A stretch of DNA of 64,000 nucleotides from Phormidesmis sp. (GCA_965248535.1 CBDFJR010000005.1:960001-1024000); one strand, 5' to 3'. Shown: positions 11,009-21,391, counted from the first letter of the stretch. Made by a program: numbers and translations. The notes: generated by a model not told the origin, from the sequence alone.

Positions 11009-11049
11009 ATTAGCTCTGCCAAATTGAGCTTAATTCGCCTAGTAGCAAT

Positions 11050-12183
11050 CTAAGGTTTCTGGTGATTAAGCCCGATCGCATCTTGCAATGAGGAGAGACC
11101 TCGATCCTCCAGCTTTTGCAACAAGCCTTCTAAAACTTGCCGCACCATGCCTGGCCCTTCATAAAACCAGCCTGTGTAAACCTGAACCAGACTTGCCCCC
11201 GCCGTGATTTTCTCCCATGCGTCTTCTGCCGTAAAAATGCCGCCGACCCCGACGATCGGGAGATTGCCCTGAGTCTGTTGATAAATAAATCGAATCACCT
11301 CCGTCGATCGCTGCCGCAACGGTGCCCCACTGATGCCGCCCGCCTCCTCAGCGACAGGCTTGCCCGTGGCTTTAATCGTCTCCGTCTTTAGCCCATCGCG
11401 ACGAATGGTGGTATTGGTGGCGATAATGCCCGCCAAATTATATTGCTGCGCCAACTTAAGTACGTCGGCAATATCGTCCCATTCCAAATCGGGGGCGATT
11501 TTAATCAGCAGAGGCTTCTGAGCCTGATTTTCGGTTTGCAGGGCTGACAAAATCGGTTCAAGTTGATCCGTGGCTTGGAGCGATCGTAGCCCCGGCGTGT
11601 TAGGAGAACTCACATTCACCACAAAATAGTCGCCCCACTCCTTGAGCAATTTGAAGCTTGCTAAATAGTCGGCGGCGGCTTCTGCAAGCGGCGTGACTTT
11701 AGACTTGCCTAGATTCACCCCTAACGGGATCGTTGAATCATGCAAACCTTGCAGACGCTGGGCCAAAGCGGCGGCTCCTTGATTATTAAAGCCCATGCGG
11801 TTGAGCGCCGCCCGATCGGCAGGCAGCCGAAACAAACGCGGACGCGGATTGCCCGGTTGAGCCTGAAACGTCACCGTACCGAGTTCGGCAAACCCAAAGC
11901 CAAAGCCTGACCAGAGATTTGCCGCCATGCCATCTTTGTCAAACCCCGCCGCCAGCCCGATCGGGTTAGCAAAACCCTGTCCCCACAGCGTTTGATTAAG
12001 TCGGTCATCGTTGAGACAATAAGCTTGGTCTAGCTGAGATAAAATCCATTTCCTAGCCTGTGAAGGTGCCCCGACCTCTAGCCAGTTGAGCGATCGTAAG
12101 GTTTGTTGATGAAGCCACTCAGGGTCAGCATTCAGCCCAGAAAACAGCAGGGGGCGAAGAATCGATTGATAGAGTTCAGGCAA
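11050..12183 (-). CDS. pyrD: Quinone-dependent dihydroorotate dehydrogenase
   Basis: [41 protein letters not shown]. Confidence 0.96.
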   Translation of the reverse strand: MPELYQSILRPLLFSGLNADPEWLHQQTLRSLNWLEVGAPSQARKWILSQLDQAYCLNDDRLNQTLWGQGFANPIGLAAGFDKDGMAANLWSGFGFGFAELGTVTFQAQPGNPRPRLFRLPADRAALNRMGFNNQGAAALAQRLQGLHDSTIPLGVNLGKSKVTPLAEAAADYLASFKLLKEWGDYFVVNVSSPNTPGLRSLQATDQLEPILSALQTENQAQKPLLIKIAPDLEWDDIADVLKLAQQYNLAGIIATNTTIRRDGLKTETIKATGKPVAEEAGGISGAPLRQRSTEVIRFIYQQTQGNLPIVGVGGIFTAEDAWEKITAGASLVQVYTGWFYEGPGMVRQVLEGLLQKLEDRGLSSLQDAIGLNHQKP

Positions 12184-12548
12184 TGCAAAAGTCTAATGAC
12201 AACTCTATTTATTGTGACGGGTCAGAGAGCGTTGAGCCGTCATCTCTCTAAAATTTGTTAGCTACCAGTTAACTACAAACTCTTGACCGCGTGAAAACGG
12301 GCTATTCTGAGGGCACTCTAGGTTGTGAAGCCTAATCTGACAGATCAAAACTTAAGCGACCTAGATCTTACGTCTAGATCTGCTGAGATGCTGCGTGGCT
12401 TAGGGGCAACCCAAGTTCCCGATCTCATCTGCTTTACGAGAGTCTAAAGGTCTGCACTGGGGTAGATCTAGCACATCGATTCTAGGGGCATCTGCGGTCG
12501 ATTTCTTGATTTAATTCACTTATCGTTTGTATCCCCGCCGTGCTTATC

Positions 12549-15338
12549 ATGGGTCAGTCGAAAGAGCCAAATGCCTGTGAACAGAAACTTGTGAGCCTAG
12601 GTCGGGTGCTGCAAGTTTTGCGTGAGGGCACCGACATTGACCACTTGGTCGCAACTGCCCTGGACTATCTCAAAAGCAGCTTTAACTATGAGTTGGTTTG
12701 GGTTGGGTTTTACGATCGCATCGATCACCGCCTATTGGGTAAAGGTGGACAACTGCCCGAAGTTCAGGAGTCTGCCTTTCTAAAACAGCGGTTTTCGCTC
12801 TCTTCAGGCGATTTGCTAGAGCAAGTCGTCATTCAGCAGCGTCCGGTGACGATCGCCGATTTGCGCCAAGAGATGCGCGCAGGCGAATGGCGTAAACTTG
12901 CCCAAAAGCACGCCATTCAAGGCGCGATGATGTTTCCGATCTGCTATAAAGATCGCTGCTTTGGTGTGGCAATCTTGGGATCGCGGCTGTGGGGAAACTT
13001 TCCGGGAAGCGACGAAAAAGCCCAAATCTCGATTGTTTTAGGCAGTCTGGCCGCCGTCTTAGAAGCGGCTGAAACCGACTGGAAGCAGCAGCAGATCAAG
13101 CGTCCTGAAAAGCCGTTGCTCAGTTTGCTAAGTCAAGTGCGATCGCTGCCTAACCTGGGTCAACGACTGGACGCGATCGTCGAAGAAAGCCATCGGTTTA
13201 TCGCCCCATCGCGCACCAGCGTCTATTGGTTTGAGCGGCAACAGCGCTATTTTTGGCGACGAGCGACTAACGCTAAACCTACGTCTAGAGCTTTAGAAGA
13301 AAACCAACCCGCTTCGGGGATCACGGTCAAGGAGATGAGCAGCTTTTATCAAGCGCTGGCCTCTGATCAGGTGGTGGCGATCGGGGAGGCGATGAGTTCG
13401 CTGAAGGCAGACATGACCAACCGACTCATGGAGCATATTCGGGCCCGATCGCTGATGGCGGCTCCCATTCTCTATCAAAATCAGTTAATTGGGTTCTTAG
13501 CCGCCGAGGGCAGCGAAGCCAGAATTTGGCAAGAAGAAGAAAAAACTTACCTGCGGGCGGCGGCTCAACTGATTGCCCTAGTGGCTCCCCTCGACGAGAT
13601 GGAAGTCACCGTTGAGCAAACCAAGCTCGATCAGGTATTGACTGCCGAAATTGCCCATGCCATCTACAGTGCTGACGACTGGAAAGTGACCCTCAAGAAT
13701 GCCGCCGAGCTTTTGGGCAAACGCTTAAAGATCGATCGCTTTGTAGTCTTGTCCTACGACTCAGAGGGTGATGATTTTGAAGTTTGCTATCAAAGCCATC
13801 CTTCTAATCGCCGCCCGATCGCTGGCCCCCTCAAACGGCTTACCCAACTCGATTGGCAAATGCTCGAACGCAATCTGTCTACCATTGCGATCGAGAACCT
13901 TGACGAAGATCTGCGGTTGGGGGCTTGGCGCGATCTGCTGCTAGAGTTGGGCGTGCGATCGCTGATGGTTTGCAACACTGCCGCCGGGCAATCGCTCGAA
14001 GGGGTAATCTTGGTCTGCGATGATGTTTCTCGTGCTTGGAGCAACTCAGAGTGTGAACTGACCCAGGTGGTGGCCCAACAGATTGGCCTAATTTTGCGGC
14101 AATGGCAGCTACAGCAGCAAAATGACCAGCAGCAAAAGATCTATCAAACTATTCAGTGGGGGTTAACCACGATTCAACAAACCCAGCAGTTAGAACTGCT
14201 AGAGCGATCGGCGCTGCAATACATTGCTCAGATTCTCCAAGCGCCAATGGCAGCGATGATTTCATGGTTTCCCGGTCGCCGCACCGGGCGCTTAGTGCAA
14301 TCGGGCAACATTGAAGAGGGCTTCAGCTTTCATCCTGTTCTCAAAGTCTCGATCTATACAGATATGTTGGTCAACCGAGCTTTGCAGCATGAGGGATTGT
14401 TGCCATTGTCGATCGATGATATTTCTGCCGAAACGCGGCACTGGCTCAACGCACCGGGCATCGGTCAACTGCTGGTGATGGCGCTGCGAACGGCCTCAGA
14501 GCACGAGCCGACAGCGATTTTAATCATTGCTGACCATTTGGATCGACGCTGGGGCGATCGCCATTTCAACGCGCTAGGAACGCTGGTCAGCCAGTTTGCT
14601 TGGTCGCGTCGCTATCTAATGCTGTCAGAGAGTTTAAAAGTGCAGCGAGAACGGCTAGAACGTCTGAGTTGGTATAAGCAGCGTCGCCTCGAAGATCTCT
14701 ATCGATCTGTGAAAACCGGGGTCAAACGATTAGCAGAGGTGCCGACTCCGCACAAAGATGCGCTGGCAGCGACTCGCCAACAGCAAATTTTGCGCCAGTT
14801 GAGTGAGGCGATTGACCCGATGCAGCAAGTGATTCGCGATGAGCAGTGGCAGTTGCAGGTCAAGACCGAAACCGTGCCGCTCGTCAGCTTGCTGAGACGG
14901 GCCCTCGATCGCGTCGATACCCTAATCAAACAGCGTCAGATCTGGTCACAGGTGCACAACGAGACCAACCCGATGATCACGGGCGATATTGTCAAAATCG
15001 AGCTAGTGCTCTATGAGTTGCTGCTGATTGCCTGCCACCGATCGCAGCCCGGCGGGCGGATTGATCTCTGGTGTCGCCAGCTTGATCCGAGTTGGATTGA
15101 GCTATCAATCACCGACGATGGCACGATCGAGCCACGCCTGCTCGAAGACTTAGAAACCGGGCGGGCCCTTGATCTGCTGGCTCCTTCGACGTTAGACAAA
15201 CCGCCGGGGCTGCATCTCGCCATCTGTCAATCGTTGATGAAGCAGATGGGAGCAGAGTTTAATCTCTATCGACTCGAAGACAATCGGATTATGAGTCGGC
15301 TGGTCTTGCCCATGGTGAGCGGGCGATTTCTCAAATAA
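12549..15338 (+). CDS. Multi-GAF sensor protein with C-terminal HATPase-like domain
   Basis: Repeated GAF-like segments (RSLMAAPI...W, RSLMV...W); C-terminal ELSITDDG...GLHLAICQSLMKQMG. Confidence 0.8.
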   Translation: MGQSKEPNACEQKLVSLGRVLQVLREGTDIDHLVATALDYLKSSFNYELVWVGFYDRIDHRLLGKGGQLPEVQESAFLKQRFSLSSGDLLEQVVIQQRPVTIADLRQEMRAGEWRKLAQKHAIQGAMMFPICYKDRCFGVAILGSRLWGNFPGSDEKAQISIVLGSLAAVLEAAETDWKQQQIKRPEKPLLSLLSQVRSLPNLGQRLDAIVEESHRFIAPSRTSVYWFERQQRYFWRRATNAKPTSRALEENQPASGITVKEMSSFYQALASDQVVAIGEAMSSLKADMTNRLMEHIRARSLMAAPILYQNQLIGFLAAEGSEARIWQEEEKTYLRAAAQLIALVAPLDEMEVTVEQTKLDQVLTAEIAHAIYSADDWKVTLKNAAELLGKRLKIDRFVVLSYDSEGDDFEVCYQSHPSNRRPIAGPLKRLTQLDWQMLERNLSTIAIENLDEDLRLGAWRDLLLELGVRSLMVCNTAAGQSLEGVILVCDDVSRAWSNSECELTQVVAQQIGLILRQWQLQQQNDQQQKIYQTIQWGLTTIQQTQQLELLERSALQYIAQILQAPMAAMISWFPGRRTGRLVQSGNIEEGFSFHPVLKVSIYTDMLVNRALQHEGLLPLSIDDISAETRHWLNAPGIGQLLVMALRTASEHEPTAILIIADHLDRRWGDRHFNALGTLVSQFAWSRRYLMLSESLKVQRERLERLSWYKQRRLEDLYRSVKTGVKRLAEVPTPHKDALAATRQQQILRQLSEAIDPMQQVIRDEQWQLQVKTETVPLVSLLRRALDRVDTLIKQRQIWSQVHNETNPMITGDIVKIELVLYELLLIACHRSQPGGRIDLWCRQLDPSWIELSITDDGTIEPRLLEDLETGRALDLLAPSTLDKPPGLHLAICQSLMKQMGAEFNLYRLEDNRIMSRLVLPMVSGRFLK

Positions 15339-15489
15339 AGTCTCCACAATTCAAGACTCCAGATACAATAAGGGGCGTTCTGAGTCGCCGTCTGAACCTA
15401 ATGTTGGGGGGCTGAACCGAACAGAAATAAAACTGGGATTCTTTAAGCCTGGGTGTGAATGTGTCGCTATCGGAGTGCTGCTAAAGTCT

Positions 15490-15990
15490 ATGTCTGCTGC
15501 GCTAAAACCTGTGGTTCCTTCTAAGCGCAATCGATCGCGATTGCCGTCTGCAACTTCTTCTGCTAGCCCTCAGCGTCAGCCGATCGGGCCGCGATCGCTC
15601 AACTCAACGGCCGTGAGAAGACTGCCTGCCCCCGATGCCGACCCGCGCTGGCTGCGATCGCTGATCAGAATGCAGCAAGTCTCACTGATTGCCACCTTTA
15701 GTCTGGCGGGGGCAGTGCTGCTCGTCTATGGCTGGACGGTTTATGCCCAACAGCTTTGGGGAAAGGAATATCAAAAATTAGAGCAGTTGCGGCGCAGTGA
15801 GCGGCAGATGACGACCAATGGCGAGATCTTAAAGAATAAGATTGCTGACCAAGCGGTGCGATCGGGGACAACGCTCGTGCCCCAAACGCCCGATAGCCTA
15901 ATTTTTCTCAAGCCTGCCCCGGCTCGAAATCTTGCTCCGGCGGCGAGTCCGGCTCCGGTGGCGAGTCCGATCGCTCCTCTCGGCTATTAA
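15490..15990 (+). CDS. Putative FtsL-like cell division protein (single TM plus coiled coil)
   Basis: One TM helix then a heptad-like stretch; directly upstream of ftsI (2-bp gap). Confidence 0.65.
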   Translation: MSAALKPVVPSKRNRSRLPSATSSASPQRQPIGPRSLNSTAVRRLPAPDADPRWLRSLIRMQQVSLIATFSLAGAVLLVYGWTVYAQQLWGKEYQKLEQLRRSERQMTTNGEILKNKIADQAVRSGTTLVPQTPDSLIFLKPAPARNLAPAASPAPVASPIAPLGY

Positions 15991-15992
15991 TC

Positions 15993-17810
15993 ATGGGCAG
16001 CCCCTCCTATCCGTCTCGCTCTAAGCGCTTGCGTCGGTTGGCGGCGGTGGTCAAGTCGCTGCGGCAGATGCCGATTCCGCCCGCTAAATCGACGTATCGC
16101 CGTCTGTTGGTGGTTTGGGCCGTGTTGGTCAGCGGGTCAATTTTGCTGATGCTGAATTTAGTAAGATTGCAGGTCGTGCAGGCTCCCGATTTACTCAAAC
16201 AAGCCCGATCGCAGCAGATGTCTTATTTGCGGCCGTTCATTCCGCGTCGCCCGATCGTCGATCGCAACGGCAATATGCTGGCGATCGATCATCCGGTTTA
16301 CACCCTTTATGCTCACCCCAATGCGTTTAAGCTGCCTAAGCCGATCGTGGCTGAAAAGTTGGCTCCCATTTTGGGTCGTCCGGTCGCTGACCTGATTCAC
16401 AAGTTTGACGCAGCCGAGAGCGGCATCCGTTTAGAATATTCTCTGGCAGAAAACGCCGCCGCCCGGATTCGCGATTTGCAACTGGACGGGCTAGATTTAA
16501 ACCAGCAGCAGCAGCGCCTTTATCCTCAACAAAATCTGACGGCGGATGTGGTCGGCTATGTCGATGTCGATCAGATGGGGCAAGCAGGCGTGGAATATAG
16601 CCATAAAAACCTGCTGGAGCGATCGGTCAAATCAGTGCGCCTCAGCCGAACGGGGATGGGCACCGTCATGCCTGACCAAGTGCCGGGCGGCTTTTTGCAT
16701 ATTGATGATCTGCAATTGCAGTTGACGATCGATAGTCGAGTGCAGCGATCGGCGCAGTTTGCGCTTCAGCAGCAGGTCAAAAAATACGCCGCAAAACGGG
16801 GTGTTGTGCTGGTGATGGATGTCCAAGATGGCTCTCTGCGAGCGTTGGTGGGCGATCCTTCCTATGACCCTAATGAATATTACAAAGCCAAAGTTGAGCA
16901 GTTTAAAAACTGGGCGTTGACTGATTTATATGAGCCGGGTTCGACCTTTAAGCCGCTGAATGTAGCGATCGCGCTAGAGTCTGGGGCGATTAAACCCGAT
17001 CAAGTCTTTAACGACGAAGGCGAAATCTATATCGACAGTTGGCCGATTCAAAACTTTGACTATTCCTATGTGGGCGGTCGTGGCCCGATTTCGGTGTCGC
17101 AGATTCTAGAGCATTCTAGCAACGTGGGCATGGTGCATATCGTGCAGCAAATGAAGCCCGATGTCTATTACAGTTGGCTGCAAAAAATTGGGCTGGGACA
17201 GGTGACAGGCTCTGATTTTCCTTTTGAGGTGGCGGGTCAGTTAAAAGATCACACCACGTTTGTGCAGTCTCCGGTGGATATCGCCACGACTGCGTTTGGA
17301 CAGGGGTTTTCGCTGACTCCGATTCAGCTACTTCAACTACACGGCATTTTGGCGAGTGGTGGAAAAATGTTGACCCCCCACGCGGTGCAAGGACTCTATG
17401 ACAGCAGCGGACAACCCTATTGGCAGCCCTATCAATCGGCTCCGAAGCAGATTTTTTCATCAACGACGACTCAGACAGTGCTGAAAATGATGGAGTCTGT
17501 GGTTTTGAAGGGATCGGGAAAAGGCGCTCAGGTGCCGGGCTATCGCATCGGGGGCAAAACCGGGACGGCTCAGAAAGCCAGTTCGGGCGGGGGCTATCAG
17601 GCGAATGCCAAGATTACTAGCTTTGTCGGAATTTTTCCGATCGAGGCTCCTCGCTATGTCGTAGTGGCCGTGATTGACGAACCGAAGGGTGAAGATGCCT
17701 TTGGCTCGACGGTGGCGGCCCCGATCGTTAAATCTGTGATCGAAACGTTGATTACGATCGACAAAATTCCGCCGAGTCAGCCTGTCACGATTCCAACTCC
17801 AACTCCTTAG
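15993..17810 (+). CDS. ftsI: Class B penicillin-binding protein (FtsI)
   Basis: EPGSTFK, SSN, KTGTAQK transpeptidase motifs; N-terminal TM. Confidence 0.92.
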   Translation: MGSPSYPSRSKRLRRLAAVVKSLRQMPIPPAKSTYRRLLVVWAVLVSGSILLMLNLVRLQVVQAPDLLKQARSQQMSYLRPFIPRRPIVDRNGNMLAIDHPVYTLYAHPNAFKLPKPIVAEKLAPILGRPVADLIHKFDAAESGIRLEYSLAENAAARIRDLQLDGLDLNQQQQRLYPQQNLTADVVGYVDVDQMGQAGVEYSHKNLLERSVKSVRLSRTGMGTVMPDQVPGGFLHIDDLQLQLTIDSRVQRSAQFALQQQVKKYAAKRGVVLVMDVQDGSLRALVGDPSYDPNEYYKAKVEQFKNWALTDLYEPGSTFKPLNVAIALESGAIKPDQVFNDEGEIYIDSWPIQNFDYSYVGGRGPISVSQILEHSSNVGMVHIVQQMKPDVYYSWLQKIGLGQVTGSDFPFEVAGQLKDHTTFVQSPVDIATTAFGQGFSLTPIQLLQLHGILASGGKMLTPHAVQGLYDSSGQPYWQPYQSAPKQIFSSTTTQTVLKMMESVVLKGSGKGAQVPGYRIGGKTGTAQKASSGGGYQANAKITSFVGIFPIEAPRYVVVAVIDEPKGEDAFGSTVAAPIVKSVIETLITIDKIPPSQPVTIPTPTP

Positions 17811-17982
17811 AGCAGTGAAGGTGAGCAGCAAAGAGACTCGAACGACAGACGAGAAGGCTGTCAACCGTAAAATATTATTGGGACTGTACTTCGAGATGAT
17901 CTACGAATTTACCGCCCACTAATTGATTGGAAGCAATAAGATTAATTAAGTTCAAACTTCATGCCGTCGCTGACTTAAGCCG

Positions 17983-18306
17983 TTAGCCCGTTATTTCAAA
18001 AACTTCACCCGCTGTAATAGTATCTAAGGCGCTACGGACACTAGGGATCAACGGCACAAGATCGAGCAGTCGATTGCTGGGCGCAACCATCACAACAACT
18101 GCAACTCCAGCCTGCTCCAAGTTTTGCTGGTATCGCAAGTTCTGATCCGCAGTGAGCAAAATTGTGAATTCTGCCTGACTCATCAGTTGAAGTAATTCTC
18201 CATTCTTCTTACCCGACCAGCCCATCTCTACAACGGTGCAGATATCCTAATCAGCAAGCTTCCACTTGAGCGGTTTTGGTACACATTCATCAAGCAGGAT
18301 TCGCAT
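17983..18306 (-). pseudogene. DUF5615/PIN-like (VapC45-type) toxin with in-frame TAG at codon 20
   Basis: From ATG 18306: MRILLDECVPKPLKWKLAD*DICTVVEMGWSGKKNGELL...LLTADQNL; TAG at 18247-18249. Confidence 0.85.
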
Positions 18307-18514
18307 AAGCAATTAGCGTTTCCTTCGCTAACTCTAAGGCTGCGATCGCTTGTTCTCGACTCACACTAGGAAAGTGATCGAGAAATTCATTGAGTGAATC
18401 ACCTGCTTCAAGGTAATCAAGTAGAGTTTTAATCGGCACACGAGTCCCCATAAATACAGGCGTTCCTCCAAGGATGTCAGGGTCGCTGTGAATCACACTA
18501 GGGGTTAAAGACAT
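18290..18514 (-). CDS. DUF433 antitoxin
   Basis: SDPDILGGTPVFMGTRVPI...GDSLNEFLDHFPSV; overlaps the toxin start. Confidence 0.9.
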   Translation of the reverse strand: MSLTPSVIHSDPDILGGTPVFMGTRVPIKTLLDYLEAGDSLNEFLDHFPSVSREQAIAALELAKETLIAYANPA

Positions 18515-18612
18515 GACTGGTTCAGTGATGAACTGTGAGTGATTCTGCGATCGTAGTCCAAAATCTCTGAAACCTGGCAACTCCGGCTATTCTTAAAGCG
18601 TGATATGGAAGG

Positions 18613-20685
18613 TCATCCTTGCCTGACTAAACTTTGCTGTAGCTGCGATCGCAGGTGTTCCAGACTCCGCGCTGGCTCTTTGCAACTGACTGCCTGACAG
18701 ACAAACCCGACAACTCCTTCAGGCAGCTTTGGCTCTAGGGCAAACACGGCAGTCGGTAAATAGTGAGTTTCTAAAAGCGCAATCTGGTCAGCGCTCGATC
18801 GCACCAACGTGCAGTTGCGAAACCAATCTAACGCCACAAATAAGCTCGGACACGCCGTAGGTGACTCTTGCATGACGCTGCCAAAAGCCTGCAAGGTTTG
18901 TTCGGCTTTGTCGAGATGATTGAGGTCTTTAGTGAGCAACGCCACCCGGATGAGATTGGCGATCGCCACGCCATTAGCCGCCGGAGTCGCATTATCGATA
19001 TAGCTGCGCTCTCGCACTAATAAATCACGACTCGCATCCCCAGCCGTGTTGTAATAGCCGCCCTCGACGCTCCACAAAAACTCGTCAAACTCAGACTGAA
19101 CTCGGATCGCCTGATCCAGCCAGTTAGTTTGATTTTCGGGCGCGGTTTGGCGAAGGCTGCGGGTGACTTGATGCAGATCTAACAGCGCTTTGATCAACAG
19201 CGCATAGTCTTCAGATTGGGCCAGCCCTGCAACCTGTCCTTCATAATTCACGCGGTGCAAGCGACCATTCACCCACTGATTTTGCAGAATAAAATCGGCT
19301 GCCTGACTCGCCAATTCCAAATAGTCCAACTCTCGAAACACGGCGTAGGCCCGCGCTAAACCAGAAATCATCAAGCTATTCCAGGCGACGATCATTTTGG
19401 TGTCGGTCACGGCTGGAATGCGACCGGGCCAGGCGATAGTTTTAGCATCTTGATTATTTCTCGCTGGGGGAAACGTCGTCAACTCCTCAGCCGAAGTCCC
19501 ATAGCGGATTAGAAATAGCTTGGCGATCGCTGATTCTACCCGATCCGAAAGTTTGCCAGAATGCCGACGCTGAAGCACGTTTAGCCCCTCAAAGTTGCCG
19601 TTCTCCGTTAAGGTAAAGTGTTCGCTGAGTTCAGCTAATTCCTCAGCCGAGAGCGCGGTTTGAAGCTCGTCAAAACTCCAGGCATAAAACGCTCCCTCTT
19701 CGGGTTCTGGCTCGTCGGCCGTGGCGAAACTGTCGGCATCTTGCGCCGCATAGAAGTAACCTTGGGGAGCGGTCATTTCGCGCTTGAGCCACTGCACGGT
19801 CAGGGAGACCGATCGCTCAAAGGCTGGTTCCTCGACTCCCGTTGCCCACAAATTGGCGAGATATTCCACAATTTGCCCATTGTCAGAGAGCATTTTTTCA
19901 AAGTGAGGCACTGTCCAAGTCGGGTCAACCGTGTAGCGATGAAAGCCGCCGCCCACTTGGTCAAAAATGCCGCCGAGGGCTAAATCTAAGCCGCGCTGGG
20001 TGGTCACTGCTTTTGCGTCGTAGCGAGACTCTCCAGAAAATCGCACCTTTCGCAAGGCCGCCTCTGCGTAGGGCATCATCGGAAAACTGGGGCCCGGTGC
20101 TTTTGAGGTGAGCACCCCAACGCTAGATTCTAAACCATCTTTGAGCAACTCTGGGCCCAAGTCTAAAGCAGGTTGCAGCGCCACAGATTTCTGTAAGTTG
20201 CTCAAAATCTCAGCTTTGATGCCATCGAGTTTGCCTTTTTCAGAATCGTAGTAGCGACGAATGGCTTGCAGCACCTGCAAAAATCCGGGTCGTCCATAGC
20301 GAGGGTCTACTGGAAAATAAGTTCCCCCATAAAAAGGCACTAAATCATCGGGCGCGAGAAAAATATTCAGCGGCCAGCCGCCTTGACCGACCATCATTTG
20401 CAGCGCTTGCATATAGATGCTGTCTAGATCAGGACGTTCTTCGCGATCGACCTTAATCGGCAAAAAATTGGCGTTGAGATAATCGGCGATCGTCCCGTCT
20501 GAAAACGCTTCGCCTTCCATCACGGTGCACCAGTGACAGCTAGAATAGCCCACTGAGAGAAAAATCGGTTTATCGTCTCGCCGCGCCGTTTCTAGCGCTT
20601 CGTCACACCACGTCCACCACTCGATCGGGTTTTCGGCGTGTTTGCGAAGATAGAGGCTTTGGGCTTGGGCAAGGCGATTGGTCAT
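18613..20685 (-). CDS. Thioredoxin-domain protein, YyaL/SSP411 family
   Basis: NRLAQAQSLYLRKHAENP, SCHWCTVME, KVDREERPD, VPHFEKML. Confidence 0.92.
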   Translation of the reverse strand: MTNRLAQAQSLYLRKHAENPIEWWTWCDEALETARRDDKPIFLSVGYSSCHWCTVMEGEAFSDGTIADYLNANFLPIKVDREERPDLDSIYMQALQMMVGQGGWPLNIFLAPDDLVPFYGGTYFPVDPRYGRPGFLQVLQAIRRYYDSEKGKLDGIKAEILSNLQKSVALQPALDLGPELLKDGLESSVGVLTSKAPGPSFPMMPYAEAALRKVRFSGESRYDAKAVTTQRGLDLALGGIFDQVGGGFHRYTVDPTWTVPHFEKMLSDNGQIVEYLANLWATGVEEPAFERSVSLTVQWLKREMTAPQGYFYAAQDADSFATADEPEPEEGAFYAWSFDELQTALSAEELAELSEHFTLTENGNFEGLNVLQRRHSGKLSDRVESAIAKLFLIRYGTSAEELTTFPPARNNQDAKTIAWPGRIPAVTDTKMIVAWNSLMISGLARAYAVFRELDYLELASQAADFILQNQWVNGRLHRVNYEGQVAGLAQSEDYALLIKALLDLHQVTRSLRQTAPENQTNWLDQAIRVQSEFDEFLWSVEGGYYNTAGDASRDLLVRERSYIDNATPAANGVAIANLIRVALLTKDLNHLDKAEQTLQAFGSVMQESPTACPSLFVALDWFRNCTLVRSSADQIALLETHYLPTAVFALEPKLPEGVVGFVCQAVSCKEPARSLEHLRSQLQQSLVRQG

Positions 20686-20802
20686 GACGGTGAGTAAAAC
20701 TCCATGATGAGTTTATCTGTTAATTATGTAATGTTGCAGAACTTGACCCACAGCGTAGGAAGAATTAATTACAACAAGCGTGAACTTATCTAAGTGTGAC
20801 CT

Positions 20803-21210
20803 ATGGATGTTTTGACTGGAGCAGCGATCGCCAAGTTAGCGTTTGATGAGTTTGTTAAATCTGGAGCCGGGGAAGTCGCTAAAAAAGCGGTTGGTGGGGC
20901 GATCGGGCAATTGCGATCGGCGATTCAAAAGCGATTTGAGGGAAATAAGAAGGCGGAGGCGGCGATCGTCAAAATTGAAGAGGAGCGATCGCCGGAGGCT
21001 TTGAATAAACTTGCGGTCTATCTCGATGATGAGATGGATGATCCGCAGTTCGCGCAGACGTTGCAGCAGTTGGCGCAGCAGGTGATCAACATTGGCAAGC
21101 AAGAGCAGAATAGCGCTCAGTTCAACATTGACGCACGAGACAATGCGCGAGTGAATGCGATTAATGACTTGGATGCAACGACTGTGAATTTTGGCGATCA
21201 GCGTCCATGA
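20803..21210 (+). CDS. Small helical protein, Bell-domain-like, with an N/Q-rich C-terminal motif
   Basis: Clean 135-aa ORF with HIP1 sites; LRSAIQKRFEG...DDPQFAQTLQQLAQQ pattern; tail FNIDARDNARVNAINDLDATTVNFG. Confidence 0.6.
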   Translation: MDVLTGAAIAKLAFDEFVKSGAGEVAKKAVGGAIGQLRSAIQKRFEGNKKAEAAIVKIEEERSPEALNKLAVYLDDEMDDPQFAQTLQQLAQQVINIGKQEQNSAQFNIDARDNARVNAINDLDATTVNFGDQRP

Positions 21211-21391
21211 GCGGCAAGTTTGACGGGAAAAGGCAGTTCTTGCAATCATCATCAGGTGTACTGATTGTCCGGCGCTTGAGTGAGTTGACTACTAGTTCTT
21301 AGCCGATTGTGGATTTCGTCACAAGTACAGGTTTTATGCACGAGGTGGTCTACAGTTGCCTTGCCCCAAACAAATCGCGTTTTTGGGGGAG

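Noticed and set aside
15934..15970. 18-bp tandem repeat GCTCCGGYGGCGAGTCCG
   Set aside because: Encodes a low-complexity Pro/Ala tail (APAASP APVASP); not a separate element.
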